Shown piece by piece: positions 25,278-36,300 of a stretch of 45,229 nt of DNA. The notes under the pieces are model-generated. The model worked only from the letters and a program-made list of their open reading frames with translations, was not told the DNA's origin and did no database searches. Within the stretch, counting starts at the first letter, position 1, and each line of letters opens with the position of its first letter. A program made the position numbers and the translations under genes. The stretch covers positions 1 to 45,229 of IMG/VR virus record IMGVR_UViG_3300045971_000674; one strand, written 5' to 3'. The stretch comes from a virus.

Positions 25278-25705
25278 TGCTACTTGAAGAACTTGATGAC
25301 GACGTCCCTATCGCATACTCCATCATTCGGAGCAGGCTTGCGAAGGGTGAGCAGATTCTGTTTGCAAGCGACCCGGAAGAAGTAGATCGTCCCAAAAATC
25401 CTGACACCTCGGTGAAGCCTTCACCTAACAGGAGCACCTATCGAGGAACGATGGGGCTCGTCAAGAGCATTGAGATAGAGCACCATGTTGCCGAGAAACG
25501 TAAGACAAAGGCTAGACCCAGAAGCATCAAGAAGGATCCATTCAGTTTCCAAATGTATTACTGGGAAATGAACAAGCGCGGCGCCGTTGACGATCATGCC
25601 GACTTCACGCGTGTTTCCATGGCAGAGCTTGAGGATGCCGTGCTAAGTCGTCATGGCTCAGGTTGGTATCTCCAGCTGCCCAACTATCTCAAATTCGGAG
25701 GCTGA
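25277..25705 (+). CDS. Small hypothetical protein (142 aa), member of a local paralog family
   Basis: Start re-assigned to MLLLEELDDD (TGATG overlap with gp5). Shares a P..Y.I...RL..GE motif with 29667 and 29998. Confidence 0.65.
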   Translation: MLLEELDDDVPIAYSIIRSRLAKGEQILFASDPEEVDRPKNPDTSVKPSPNRSTYRGTMGLVKSIEIEHHVAEKRKTKARPRSIKKDPFSFQMYYWEMNKRGAVDDHADFTRVSMAELEDAVLSRHGSGWYLQLPNYLKFGG

Positions 25706-25707
25706 CC

Positions 25708-26088
25708 ATGGTCACTGCCGTCTACCGTGGATTCTCCACTGTTAATCACCTCAAGAACCCAGCCAAGGGATTTTCGGTCACGAACGTCGAGCTGATCAAC
25801 CAGGATCTGCTCAACCACATCTACACCATCAAGGGCGAGCGGGTCATGCTGCCGAACTTCGGCACTCGCATTCCACTCCTGGCGTTTGAACCACTGGACA
25901 AGGATACTCTTGCCGTGGTTGAGGAAGACCTGCGCATGGTCTTCAACTACGATCCACGGGTGAAGCTACTGGCTATTGCGGTGATGGCCGTGCCTGACAA
26001 CAACGCAATTTCGGCCTTTGTTGATCTGCAGTATGTCAACCTTGGCCTCAAGGAAACGATGAAACTTGAGTTCCCTGTCGGAGCCTAA
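25708..26088 (+). CDS. gp25: Baseplate wedge/sheath initiator, gp25-like
   Basis: YRGFST...LINQDLLNHIYTIKGERVMLPNFGTRI..LAFEP...YDPRV. ATG at 25708 with a GGAGG RBS. Confidence 0.92.
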   Translation: MVTAVYRGFSTVNHLKNPAKGFSVTNVELINQDLLNHIYTIKGERVMLPNFGTRIPLLAFEPLDKDTLAVVEEDLRMVFNYDPRVKLLAIAVMAVPDNNAISAFVDLQYVNLGLKETMKLEFPVGA

Positions 26089-26091
26089 ATA
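26086..26091 (+). promoter_or_regulatory. Late promoter TAAATA overlapping the gp25 stop
   Basis: CTAAATAGTC 25 nt upstream of the gp6 ATG. Confidence 0.55.
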
Positions 26092-26115
26092 GTCGACTGA
26101 TACATCGGAACAACC

Positions 26116-29100
26116 ATGGCGCTTCGCACAACCTACTCCGCAGAAACCTGGGACAAGATCTACCAAGCGTTTGGGGCGGTCAGCTTTGTGTCGTACGACT
26201 TCGACACCATCAAGCAGTCACTGGTAGATTACACCCGGACCTACTATCCAGAATACTTCAACGACTACATCCAGTCGTCGGAGTTCATCGCCTACCTTGA
26301 AATCTTCGCGTACATTGCCGAACAATTGGCATACCGTGTGGACATGGTTGGTCATGAGAACTTCATCACCACCGCCCAGCGCAAGCAATCCATTCTCAAG
26401 CTTGCCAAGCTCATCTCGTACAAGGCAACTCGCAACATTGCAGTTCGTGGTCTCGTCAAGTTGACTTCGATCACCACCTCTGAGCGTATCATCGACTCCC
26501 GTGGTGTTGACCTGGCAGGTCTGTCAATCGTCTGGAACGATCCAAACAACACGAACTGGAAGGAACAGTTCTTCCTCGTGATGAACCGGGTTCTGAACTC
26601 CCGCTTCGGCAATGCCCAGAAGACGTACCAGATCGGTGACGTTGTCATGGATCTGTACTCGCTGAAGAACACCTCCAGCTCCTTCCCACTTGGCGTCTTT
26701 CCGTTCTCGGTAAGCACCGGTCTTGACAGCTTCACCATGGAAATGGTGCCTGCAGACATCGATGAGAACGGTCCGTTCGAACGTGAACCAGATCCGTCTG
26801 CTGCGATGAGCATCATCTACGCCAATGACGGCGTGGGCGATGGCTCTGACTACACAGGCTTCTTGGCCTATGTCAAGCAAGGTGTTCTTACCCGCATCGA
26901 CTACGACCTAGTGGACAAGCTCCCAGATCGCCGCATCGACTTCGATACCACAAACGTCAACGATACTGACGTTTGGGTCCAAAAGATCAATGGCACTGGC
27001 TCTATCACTGAACGCTGGACACAAGTCGACGTGATTGCTGAGCAGAACCTGGTCTTCAACAGCAACCGCACGACCCGCAAGAAGTACGAAGTTGACACGC
27101 TGGAGAGCGACCGCGTTCGCATCATCTTCGGTGATGGCGACTTCAGCGAGATCCCACAGGGTACGTACCGCTTCTGGGTTCGCCAGTCCATCGGTCGCAG
27201 CATTGTCATCCACAAGAACCGCATCACCAATCAAGCGATGCAGTTCACGTATCCCGGTGCCAACGGGAATGCCGAGACTACCAACGTCACCTTCAGCCTG
27301 ACTACCACGCTGCAGAACGGTTCGGCTGCTGAAAGCATCGAGCACATTCGTCGCTCTGCTCCAGCAACGTACTACGCTCAAGACCGCATGGTCAATGGCC
27401 AGGACTGCAACACGTTCATGCTCAAGGATCCAACGATCCTTCGTCTCAAGGCAATCAACCGCACCTTCGCTGGTCAGCCAAAGTACATCGACTGGAATGA
27501 CGCCTCAGGCAAGTACGAGAACATCAAGCTGTATGGTGACGATCTCATTATGCGCTACGAGACAAGTGTCAACACCCAGACGACAGACGTCTCTGGTCAA
27601 GCACTCATCGACAGCATCATCGAGCCGCTTCTCTCTACAAGCGGCGTCATCAACACGATGATCCACGTCTCTGCTACCGATCCTGCCATGTACGGCGTCG
27701 TCAGCCCTCCGCGCCGTGCCTTCATCGAAGACAACCGTGGCGGTCTCTATCGTGACAAGGCAGGCGCCTACGTTCAGCTGATCCACACCTCCTCAGCTGG
27801 TGACGGCTCGCTGAAGGAAAAGACCGCAATGCAGGGCCTGATCGACCAACACTACTACGGTGAACCACTGGAGTACGTGCTCGACAGCTCGAACAACGTG
27901 ATGGCTCGGATCCCTGATCCTGACCTCGTCCCAACGGATGACAGCAAGATCTACGCAGCCAATGTGCCGCGCACAATTGACGGTATCAATCGCTTCCCAC
28001 CAGGCGACACCGGTTCCGGCACTCAGCTCTTCTCGCAGCAGGAGTTCTTCGGTCTGCGCTACAATCGGTACCTGAAGGGCATCGGCAACTGCACGAACAT
28101 GACATCGGCTGTTACCATCGCCAACACTGCTGGTTCTACGTGGCTGACTGGAAACTTCTGGGTTGCTGGTGAAGTGTGGACCCTCGAGGTGAATGCTACC
28201 GGCGGTATCGACGTTCGTTCCAATCTCCGTGGCACCTTCGGCTCAGGCGAGGTAGCGGTTCCGTACTACATCCAGCCAACCGGGTTCTTCACTCGCGCTG
28301 AGATGTTCACAATGGAAGGCGCGTTCGAACCAGGCGATGCCATCATTCTCGACACCTCTTCGACCGGTCATCTGACGGTACGCAACAATGCTCTCTACAA
28401 CCTCAATGGTTGGTGGGAAACGATGGGTGTCGGCGAGATGACCGATGCGGCTTTCGGCAACGGTGCACCTCCTCCATACCTCTTCACTACATCCAGCGAT
28501 CCTGCCTTGAAGCAGTACAGCTGGGTGATCTTCGTTCGCAAGATTCGCCAGCAACCATCAGGCAACATCATTGGCTACGAGGTCCACACCCGTGACGTGA
28601 AGTTGACCATCGAAAGCCCGACTACAAAGTTCTGGTACAACTCGGTTGATCAGCTGATTGACGGTGAAACCAAGAAGCGCGTGTTCGACAACATCAAGAT
28701 CCTCCGTTCCAACCTCAACTACATCGGCGCGGTGCTCGGTACCAGCCAAAAGTACGACGTTGTTGGCGCTGTCAAGGATGCTGATGGCGTGGTCGACCTG
28801 CACCGTCTGGAGGTGGTGCCAACCGACCTGCTGAATGAGAACAGCTCTGGGGATCTGGTAGCCGACCGCCTCCTGCAGTTTGAGATGTTTGCAGGCTCTG
28901 GCACAGTCTCCCCATCCTATGAGTACTACACCATCGCCAACCCGACTGTCGTGCTCACCTCTATTCCTGGCGTGACATTTGAAGCAGGTGCATTCTCGGA
29001 CAACACCAACACCTACGGTCGCCGGCTGCGGATGCCTGGAACTGGCCGTGAAGCTGGGCTGGACTTCATGTGGCAGCACTTCTCGCCATTCACCCACATC

Positions 29101-29670
29101 ATCGATCCTTCGGTCACGAACATCCATGACGTCTACCTGATGACGCGTGGTTACTACGATGACGTGATCAACTACGTACGTGGAACCTCCACCTCGGTGC
29201 CAACCCCACCAACCCCGCTGGATCTGCGCAACTCGTACGGCTACCTGCTGAACAACAAGATGTTGTCTGACACAATCGTGCTGCACTCTGGCAAGATCAA
29301 GCTTCTGTTCGGTAACCTTGCTGAGCCACAACTGCGTGCCAAGTTCAAGGTCGTCAAGCAGGCTGGTGCATCTCTGACGAATGAGCGCATCAAGGAAGAG
29401 GTCCTGAATGTCATCAACACGTTCTTCGACATCGATACCTGGGATTTCGGCGATACGTTCTACGCCACCGAACTGATCACGCTGATCCACCAACGGTTGC
29501 CAGCTGATGTCGCCGCTGTTGTGCCGGTTCCAATCTACTCGACCAACTCCTTCGGCTCGCTCTTCACTGTTGAGAGCGGTCATGATGAGATCATCCAGTC
29601 AGCTGCTCTGCTGTCTGACATCGAGGTGGTTGATGCTCTCACCCCAACGGTAATTCGGCAGGTGAAGTGA
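26116..29670 (+). CDS. gp6: Baseplate wedge subunit, gp6-like (expanded, 1184 aa)
   Basis: YDFDTIKQSL...FNDYIQSSE...ENFITTAQR..SILKLAKLISY, IIFGDG.F..IP.G, and ESIEHIRRSAP..YYAQDRMV...D. Confidence 0.9.
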   Translation: MALRTTYSAETWDKIYQAFGAVSFVSYDFDTIKQSLVDYTRTYYPEYFNDYIQSSEFIAYLEIFAYIAEQLAYRVDMVGHENFITTAQRKQSILKLAKLISYKATRNIAVRGLVKLTSITTSERIIDSRGVDLAGLSIVWNDPNNTNWKEQFFLVMNRVLNSRFGNAQKTYQIGDVVMDLYSLKNTSSSFPLGVFPFSVSTGLDSFTMEMVPADIDENGPFEREPDPSAAMSIIYANDGVGDGSDYTGFLAYVKQGVLTRIDYDLVDKLPDRRIDFDTTNVNDTDVWVQKINGTGSITERWTQVDVIAEQNLVFNSNRTTRKKYEVDTLESDRVRIIFGDGDFSEIPQGTYRFWVRQSIGRSIVIHKNRITNQAMQFTYPGANGNAETTNVTFSLTTTLQNGSAAESIEHIRRSAPATYYAQDRMVNGQDCNTFMLKDPTILRLKAINRTFAGQPKYIDWNDASGKYENIKLYGDDLIMRYETSVNTQTTDVSGQALIDSIIEPLLSTSGVINTMIHVSATDPAMYGVVSPPRRAFIEDNRGGLYRDKAGAYVQLIHTSSAGDGSLKEKTAMQGLIDQHYYGEPLEYVLDSSNNVMARIPDPDLVPTDDSKIYAANVPRTIDGINRFPPGDTGSGTQLFSQQEFFGLRYNRYLKGIGNCTNMTSAVTIANTAGSTWLTGNFWVAGEVWTLEVNATGGIDVRSNLRGTFGSGEVAVPYYIQPTGFFTRAEMFTMEGAFEPGDAIILDTSSTGHLTVRNNALYNLNGWWETMGVGEMTDAAFGNGAPPPYLFTTSSDPALKQYSWVIFVRKIRQQPSGNIIGYEVHTRDVKLTIESPTTKFWYNSVDQLIDGETKKRVFDNIKILRSNLNYIGAVLGTSQKYDVVGAVKDADGVVDLHRLEVVPTDLLNENSSGDLVADRLLQFEMFAGSGTVSPSYEYYTIANPTVVLTSIPGVTFEAGAFSDNTNTYGRRLRMPGTGREAGLDFMWQHFSPFTHIIDPSVTNIHDVYLMTRGYYDDVINYVRGTSTSVPTPPTPLDLRNSYGYLLNNKMLSDTIVLHSGKIKLLFGNLAEPQLRAKFKVVKQAGASLTNERIKEEVLNVINTFFDIDTWDFGDTFYATELITLIHQRLPADVAAVVPVPIYSTNSFGSLFTVESGHDEIIQSAALLSDIEVVDALTPTVIRQVK

Positions 29671-30008
29671 AAGTAGCCCAACTCTTCGAAGAGGAGGGTG
29701 GAACTCCTGAAGCTCTTGTCACTAAGTTGGTGCAGCAGCTACTCGACAAGGGCGAGCTCGTCTACCTGAATGCAAAAGCCTTTGGTGTCAACCAGGTGCG
29801 TGTGTCTCATGTCGACTACAATCGCGGCCCAAATAGAAATCACGTGACAGGCACGGTGGATAAGATCACAGTGCACAATGATGGTGCCACCTACTTCGTG
29901 GTGGTCAACGGCGGATGGGCACGGGTCATGGATGAAGATGCTGATGAGCTGCTGACGCTTTCCAAAACACCGGGCGATCTCGGCTGGGGGTTGACAAATG
30001 CGCCTTAG
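29667..30008 (+). CDS. Small hypothetical protein, local paralog family
   Basis: 113 aa, GTGA-coupled to gp6. Starts MKVAQLFEEE...LVQQLLDKGELVYL. Confidence 0.7.
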   Translation: MKVAQLFEEEGGTPEALVTKLVQQLLDKGELVYLNAKAFGVNQVRVSHVDYNRGPNRNHVTGTVDKITVHNDGATYFVVVNGGWARVMDEDADELLTLSKTPGDLGWGLTNAP

Positions 30009-30297
30009 TGAAATTACTGTTGAGGGACGGCCTCCACTTCTCTACACCATTCTGGCAAAGCGTCTAGCTGATGGTAAGGAAACTTGGGCATCCATTATGG
30101 GTGACCAAGCTACCGGCCATTGGGGCGGCAAGATCGTAAATCTCGAACTGAACGAGACCGTCGGCGCTGTCTGGATCTTTCGTGCTGCCCAGCACCGCGA
30201 CGACGACCCGATCTACGATACGCCCATTCGGACATTCGACGACAACTTCACCATCACCACTGACAAACGTGGCAACGCCACCCTGGAGAAGGTGTAA
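29998..30297 (+). CDS. Small hypothetical protein, local paralog family
   Basis: 99 aa starting MRLSEITVEGRPPLLYTILAKRLADGKE. Confidence 0.7.
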   Translation: MRLSEITVEGRPPLLYTILAKRLADGKETWASIMGDQATGHWGGKIVNLELNETVGAVWIFRAAQHRDDDPIYDTPIRTFDDNFTITTDKRGNATLEKV

Positions 30298-30339
30298 TCA
30301 CTTTTTCTGGTAAGCCTCCCCGGGCAAACTGTCTGAGTC

Positions 30340-30346
30340 ATAAATA
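30340..30346 (+). promoter_or_regulatory. Late promoter ATAAATA
   Basis: CATAAATAGC 27 nt upstream of the ATG at 30373. Confidence 0.7.
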
Positions 30347-30372
30347 GCCCATCAACAGATGGTGATGACCTG

Positions 30373-33300
30373 ATGGCCCAGAAGCTCGATTACGCACGCC
30401 CTTACAACAACCTGACCCAGTATGTGCCGCAGAAGTTGCGGAACATGGTCAATTTTGGGCTGTTCGACAACCTGTTCAACCGTTTCATGACACGTGACGA
30501 AAGCGTGCCATTCTACGGCTACGTGGGCCGTAAGCCATCCAACCCAGAAGACAAGTCACCCGCAATCTACCAGCCAACTGTAGAGCGTGATGTCAATGCT
30601 GTCATCCCAGTCCTGAACTTCAAGCAGGGTTCCGAGACGGTTGCATTCACGGTGCAGGACCTGCTGAACAAGGCCAAGGTTCTTGGTATGGACACGAATG
30701 ATCTGAGTTGGCTCTACGCTCAGGCAAACAACTTCCGTCCACCAATCGACTTCGACAAGTTCACGAACTTCTTCAACTACTACTGGATCGGTGCATCTCT
30801 CCAGCCCGACACCGCCTGGAATCCAACTTGGCAACCAGAGTACTACATCATTGCCAAGCCACAAGCATCTGATCTGGACAAGATGAACGTGATGGCTGCC
30901 ACGATCAGTGGTCAGAACATCGTGCTGACCGGCACCGGCTTCCTGGACCAGACGTTCACGATCACATTCACCGATGCTCTCAACTTCACGGTCACCTCGT
31001 CAGTAGAGAGCGGCAACACCCAGCCCGGCCCAAGCGGTACTTACACTCCACTGACCCACAACTTTGCCCTTCCTGCACAACCGGGTACCGTTTCGGCTAT
31101 CGACCTGGTAGACACCTTCGAATACAAGGTCACCGGCTTTGATGGTGTCAAGACCCTCGTCACCTTCAAGATCACACGTTCCCCTGCCTACAACGAGTTC
31201 AATGCCCAGACCGGCTGGACCGCTTGCGTTGCTGGCGACAAGTTCACTGTCGCAACGACCATGATGTCGTCGAACTACAACGTGACCTTCATTGGTTCGG
31301 CTGGTGTTAAGCCAAGCATCTCAGGTGTTACCACTCTCAAGACTTTCCAGAACATCGACGGCTACATCCCTGAAGTCGGTGATCGGGTGCTCATCAAGAA
31401 CCAAAGCAATGGTGCTGAGAATGGCATCTACGTTGTGGGTCGCCAAGCATGGGCCCGAGCAGAGGACTTCAATTCGTCTACCTGGTCTGGTGGTGCAAAG
31501 ACATTTGATCGGCATCGTTCTGTGCTGTGGGTATCTACCCAAACTGGACCAACAACCTTTAGCTGGACTTCAACAGCAGGGGACAGCAACACGAATGACT
31601 GGCAAGAAGGCAACTTCTGGATCAAGGGTGAAGAGCTCATCAACTACAATCTGGACCGTGCTTCTGTCCAGCAAGCCGTTCGCCCAATCATCGAGTATGC
31701 TTCGAACTTGCAGCTGAACTCCCACGTGTCAAACGTTGGTGCACCAGCTGAGACTGGGTTCTACTTCAAGCAAGTCAAGACCGAGTTCAACCAGCTTCCA
31801 CTGTTCGATCTGTTCCGCTATGACGGCACCCATGCTGGCATCGTCAGCTCAATCTTCTACTACGTCGAAGACCTGACCGCCAATCTGGATGTGGCTTTGC
31901 AGAAGCGTGTCAAGATCAGCACCAACGATAGCGCTGACTTCGTGTTCAATCATGGTTGCGCTGATGCAGCCGGAAACTTGCTCTTCTTCAAGCGTGATGG
32001 TTCACTGCACACCGTCTGGCATGCAGGCTACCTTGGCCCAGAAGTCATCGACACGATGCTCGTCGGTACTGGCAACGGCACGATCACTGCTCTCACTGCT
32101 GCCGACAACACACAGCAGCAGGTCTGGACAGTCACCGCCGATACTGCATCCACCTTCACTGTCACTGGATCCAAGCTCGCTACACTGCCATCTGCTGCGT
32201 CGCACTCTGTTGCGGGCGCCCCATATGACAATGGGGAAATCGGTTTCACGATCACTAGCGGGTCTACACCCTTCTCAGTAGGTGACACCTTCGTCATCCG
32301 GGTCGGCAACATGGAGCGTCCTCGCTACGTCTTCCGAGCCGCTGACACCAGCATCCAGGATCTGTATGGTGGGGCGGTGGCTGACACGGCCAATGTGGGG
32401 GCACACCTCGTATCGCGCACCTTCTACAACAATCCGTACAACGATAGTCGTGCCGAGATCCTGGAAGGTTCACTCTACACTCACTTCCGTAGCGTGCTGG
32501 CCAATGAGATTGCTGGGCTGCCACTCGACTATGCCTTCGGTGGCAACATCAAGCTCTGGTCTGAACAGCACACGCTCCTTGCATCTCTGCTGATGCAGAA
32601 GGATCTAACACCAATCTCACTCATTGATATGGCGAAGCGCCAGTACGATAACGGCCTGAACAGCCTGCGCGATCTGTACATCACCCATATCGTTGACTAC
32701 TTCTCCACTACCCAGGTGGTGAGTTATGACGGCTCTCCTGACCAGTCCGCAAAGACGGCTGCCCTACTTGATGCTCTGTTGGCTTTGCGTGCCAAGGACA
32801 ATGACTCTCGCCTGGTTCTCTTCGACACTACGGCGGCCTGTGTCGGATTCCCAATCACCCTGCCGCAACTTGGCCTGGCGCCACTTGTCGAACCGGCGGT
32901 TCGCTTCGACCGTATCCTGAATCAAGACGTGCTTGTTCACCATGACGGTCACCTCTCCAGTCTCGTCGCCGAAACAAATGACTTCCGTGGTCGCATTCTC
33001 GGTGGCTACGTTGGTAAGCCAGTGAAGCGTAGCGATGGCACGTCAACACCTGCCATCGGTTCATCCACCTGGATTCCACCAATCAACCCATACAAGGGCG
33101 AGCTGTGGCTCCGCCCAAGTGAGACAGCGCTGCCTGATCTACTGGCATTCGATGTCACGTATGACACCGTCGCTACTCCGCCAGCAACTCCTGCAGGCCT
33201 GCTGTGGTACAATCGTACCACGGGAATTCTGTCGCAAAGTACTGGTAGCACCTGGGTGGCACTGCCATCAAAGGATATTGCTTGGAAGACGGTCAATTTG

Positions 33301-36300
33301 GCAGACACTCTCAACGAGATCATCTACCAAACTGAACACCGCCTGTATCACGGCATCAATCCAAATCAGCGCCGCTTTGACTTTGCTGATCCAGTACTTT
33401 CTGCTGACCCAGTATTCAAGAGTGAGCTGCAGCGTGAGCTGTTCACCTTCGCTTCTCTTAACAATCTTGATCCGCTCGGCACCAATTACACTGCAGCTGA
33501 TGCATTCACCTGGAACTACGCACAGGCCACGTTCTTTGCACCTGTAAACACTGCCACCATTCCTGGCCGCTGGTACAAGGCGCTGATGGCACATCAAGCA
33601 ACAATTGCAGGCGTAATCCCAACAGAACGTCCAGACATGGAACCGTGGAAGCTGTTTGGCTTTTCTACGTATGCCGCTTGGAAGGCATCTCCACAGTGGT
33701 TCGCATCCTATGAAGCAGCAGTGTCAGCTGAGAGTCTCTACGATCCAACGTATGTAGATTCGGGCAGTGTCAAGGTTGTGGCAGTTGATTCAATTGGATC
33801 CCTTGCAGGGTTGCAGGTAGTTGATGGCATCTCACTGCAAAGTGGTGATCGTGTGCTCGTTCAGAACGAAGCGGTGTCAGCCAACAATGGCATCTACCTT
33901 GCATCTACTGGTGCATGGACCCGTACCACTGCACTTGTGCAGAAGATGTTCGTTCGTGTTCTCGGTGGTGCTCGGTATTCTGACACTCTCTGGTACCTGT
34001 CCGCTGCTGTTCCGTCTGTGGGTGTGAGCCCAGTCCTCTTCCAGCAGGTACGTCAATGGTCGACTACAATGTGGACCTCCTTGATGCTCTCGAAACCAGC
34101 ACTCAAGCTGAGCGTCAATCCTTGGTCTGATTTGCTTTTGCCGCCTTACGTTGCTTCATCGGCTCTGACGTCTAGCTTCGCACTCACAAATGTCATTCCA
34201 ACTGGCGTTGCGCTGCCGTACGACTTTGGTGGCGGCTCACCTGTTGAAGAGGTCTGGGAACGGTCTATCGAATATCGCTACGCTCTCGTGAAAGCACTGC
34301 TGCGCTTTGATCCGCTTGCAGCTCTTGGCTTTGCTTGGGGGTTCAACTGGGTAGAAGTCGACAACATTCTCTATGACGGCTACGACATCAACCTGCCTGG
34401 TCACAAGCGGTTCCGACTGCATGGTGATGCTGTTACGATGGTCGATCGAACTGGTGCACTAACTATCGGAACCATCTCCGGCCCTGCTGCGATCGACATC
34501 ATGCTCACATATGATGCCTACACAGCAACACGCGCCCAGAGTTTCGGTGTTCGTACTGTTGATGGCACCTTGCTAGGATCTATCCAAGAGGGTGGTGCTT
34601 GGAACTTCAACAGCTCGATAGTCAACATCACCAACATTCGTATTGAGGACTTTGGCCAGCCATTCCACATCGGTGATAGTTTCCACATCACCGCCACTAC
34701 AGCAGGGTCAGATCTGGTAGTGACGTTCGTTCCTGCACCGACACACCGGATTCTTGGTCTCGGTCAGACATTTACGAACGCGCTGCGCGAGATGTCTGTC
34801 GATTCGAAGAGCAGCTACGCCAATGCCGCCTTCCGCGATTGGGACGTCAACATGGGTTACCGTGCTGGCAGCCTCGTGGTGACTGATGATCTGAACGTCT
34901 TCAATGAGAACGAGACTCTCAACCCGTCCTCGTACAACCTGATTCTCAAGAAGAATGCCATTGCGGCTGATCACTGGATCCAGGCGCTGCGAGTTACAGT
35001 CTTCCAGACTGGCAACTTTGCACTTAACGAATCCACCAAGGTGGGCGATGCCTACCGCGGATCTATCTCGAACCGTCCAAAGGATGATGCATCTGACTGG
35101 GTCTTCCGTATCGAAGGCTACAACCCACGCTACAACGACATCAGCTACTACGGTCTGCAGAACATTGCATCTGGCATGGCATTCCCAGGCGCCGCGCCAA
35201 TCGGACAGCGATTCTTCCGTCATGACACAGGCGAGCTTTACACGTTCAGCGGCACCTCGTGGGACGTTACGTCATCAAGTGATCTGATGACGTTCAACGT
35301 GCTGGATCAGTCCAACACAACATTGACTTGGTACCAATCCACAGTCCGGACTGGTGTGATCACCACCGGCTTGCCAATCACTATCACTGGTGTTCAGAAC
35401 CTGTTGAATTTCCTCTTTGGTTACGCGCAGTATCTCGAAGATGCAGGCTGGAGATTCAACACCAACAATGAGTTCAACATCGATGCACTCACTGGACGCC
35501 GTCGCAACTTCCAACTGGAGATTGAGAAGGCCGTTCACTCGATCTTTGGTGGCATCAGCGTTGGTCTCGGTGCTATCATCAACCCATTCATCGATCGCGT
35601 GTGGTTCGAGCAGAAGGCAGGCATGATGTCGGAGTTCACCGACACCGCCATCTTCGACATCACTGGCGATACGGGCGTCTTTGACATTCTAGGCATGCGG
35701 TTCCGCACTGCAGACCTTCGCCCTGTCCGCGGAAATGCCACATCAAGCATTGCATCCATCGGCCCAATGTATTCGGCTCACATCCAATTGGATGAGTTCG
35801 AGCACCTCTTCGTCTTCAACGACTACGTGAATGAGTCGACCCAGAGCGGGCTGCTCTATGACGCATTCTCTGGTTCCCGCGCTGTCACCTACAAGTTCAA
35901 TGGCCGCAAGCAGGGCAACACGAATCTGCGGCTGGAGTTTGGCGGTCACTACATCGTCGGTCACGAGGTTCGCCAGAATCTACAGTTGTCGACTGACAAT
36001 CTGGCCCGGGTGTATGATGCCGACTATGCCTTCGAGAATACCACGACCAGCAAGCACGCTCTTGCTTTGCTCGGCTTCTCGACCAAGGACTACTTCAACA
36101 ATCTCGACATCACTGACAAGACGCAGTTCAATTTCTGGCGGGGTCTCATCCACTCGAAGGGCACGAACATGTCCATCGATGCATATCTCAACAGCAACCG
36201 ATTCCAGGAAGCCAAGATCGACGAGTACTGGGCGTACAAGATTGCCGAGTATGGTGACTCACGTCAGAACTCGTACCCTGAGATGCGCCTCCAGGTCTCT

